Below, in pieces: positions 63,670 to 64,000 of a stretch of 64,000 nucleotides of DNA (position 1 is its first letter; each line of letters opens with the position of its first letter). This DNA is from Octopus sinensis (taxonomy: Eukaryota). The stretch spans positions 63,054,001 to 63,118,000 of the forward strand of contig NC_043001.1 of assembly GCF_006345805.1 (NCBI RefSeq), read 5' to 3'. Position numbers and translations under genes: made by a program. The notes beneath the pieces were generated by a model that was not told the origin of the DNA, did not search any database, and saw nothing but the letters and a program-made list of their open reading frames with translations.

Positions 63670-63842
63670 TCATCATCATTATCATCATCATTTATCATCT
63701 GTTTGGACAGTTTAAATGAAAACTGGTAAGCTGGGGAGCTGCACCAGGTCCCTATTTGACATGTTTTCTATGACTGGATGTTTTTCCTAATACCAACCAC
63801 TCCAAGAGAATAGTAGGTGCTTTTTACATGCCACTAGCACAT
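63670..63842 (-). mobile_element. RTE 3' UTR fragment
   Basis: CTGGATG..CCTAATACCAACCACTCC..GGTGCTTTTTACATGCCAC with an (ATC)n tail. Confidence 0.7.
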
Positions 63843-63878
63843 CTCCCCCTATACATATATATACATATACATGCACGC

Positions 63879-64000
<122 letters not shown>

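Overview
AT-rich, repeat-dense animal genomic DNA, most likely an octopus or other cephalopod (inferred from the microsatellite load and the SINE/LINE/Penelope mix). The only host coding sequence I can support is the 55-nt first coding exon of an SBF/MTMR5-13 (DENN-myotubularin pseudophosphatase) gene on the minus strand at 55856-55910. I found no exon 2, and a 100-N scaffold gap (47893-47992) makes continuity and orientation of the left part uncertain. The rest is transposon debris: several Penelope-like element (PLE) families, two large CR1-group LINEs, RTE LINEs, tRNA-derived SINEs, Tc1/mariner elements, MITEs, a Helitron-like element and long microsatellites (source of most long ORFs in the track). 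Most interesting signals: (1) minimal hammerhead ribozyme folds, mostly in inverted PLE-type termini, including non-canonical cores whose 3-8 pair appears to covary (C-G, U-A, G-C); (2) a PLE with a Ulp1/C48-like protease domain upstream of its RT; (3) a near full-length LINE with a Myb/SANT-like + CCCH ORF1, tandem 5' units and a 3' tail shared with a SINE; (4) a textbook recursive-splice motif on the strand opposite to the Sbf exon. Repeat boundaries were read by eye and are approximate.
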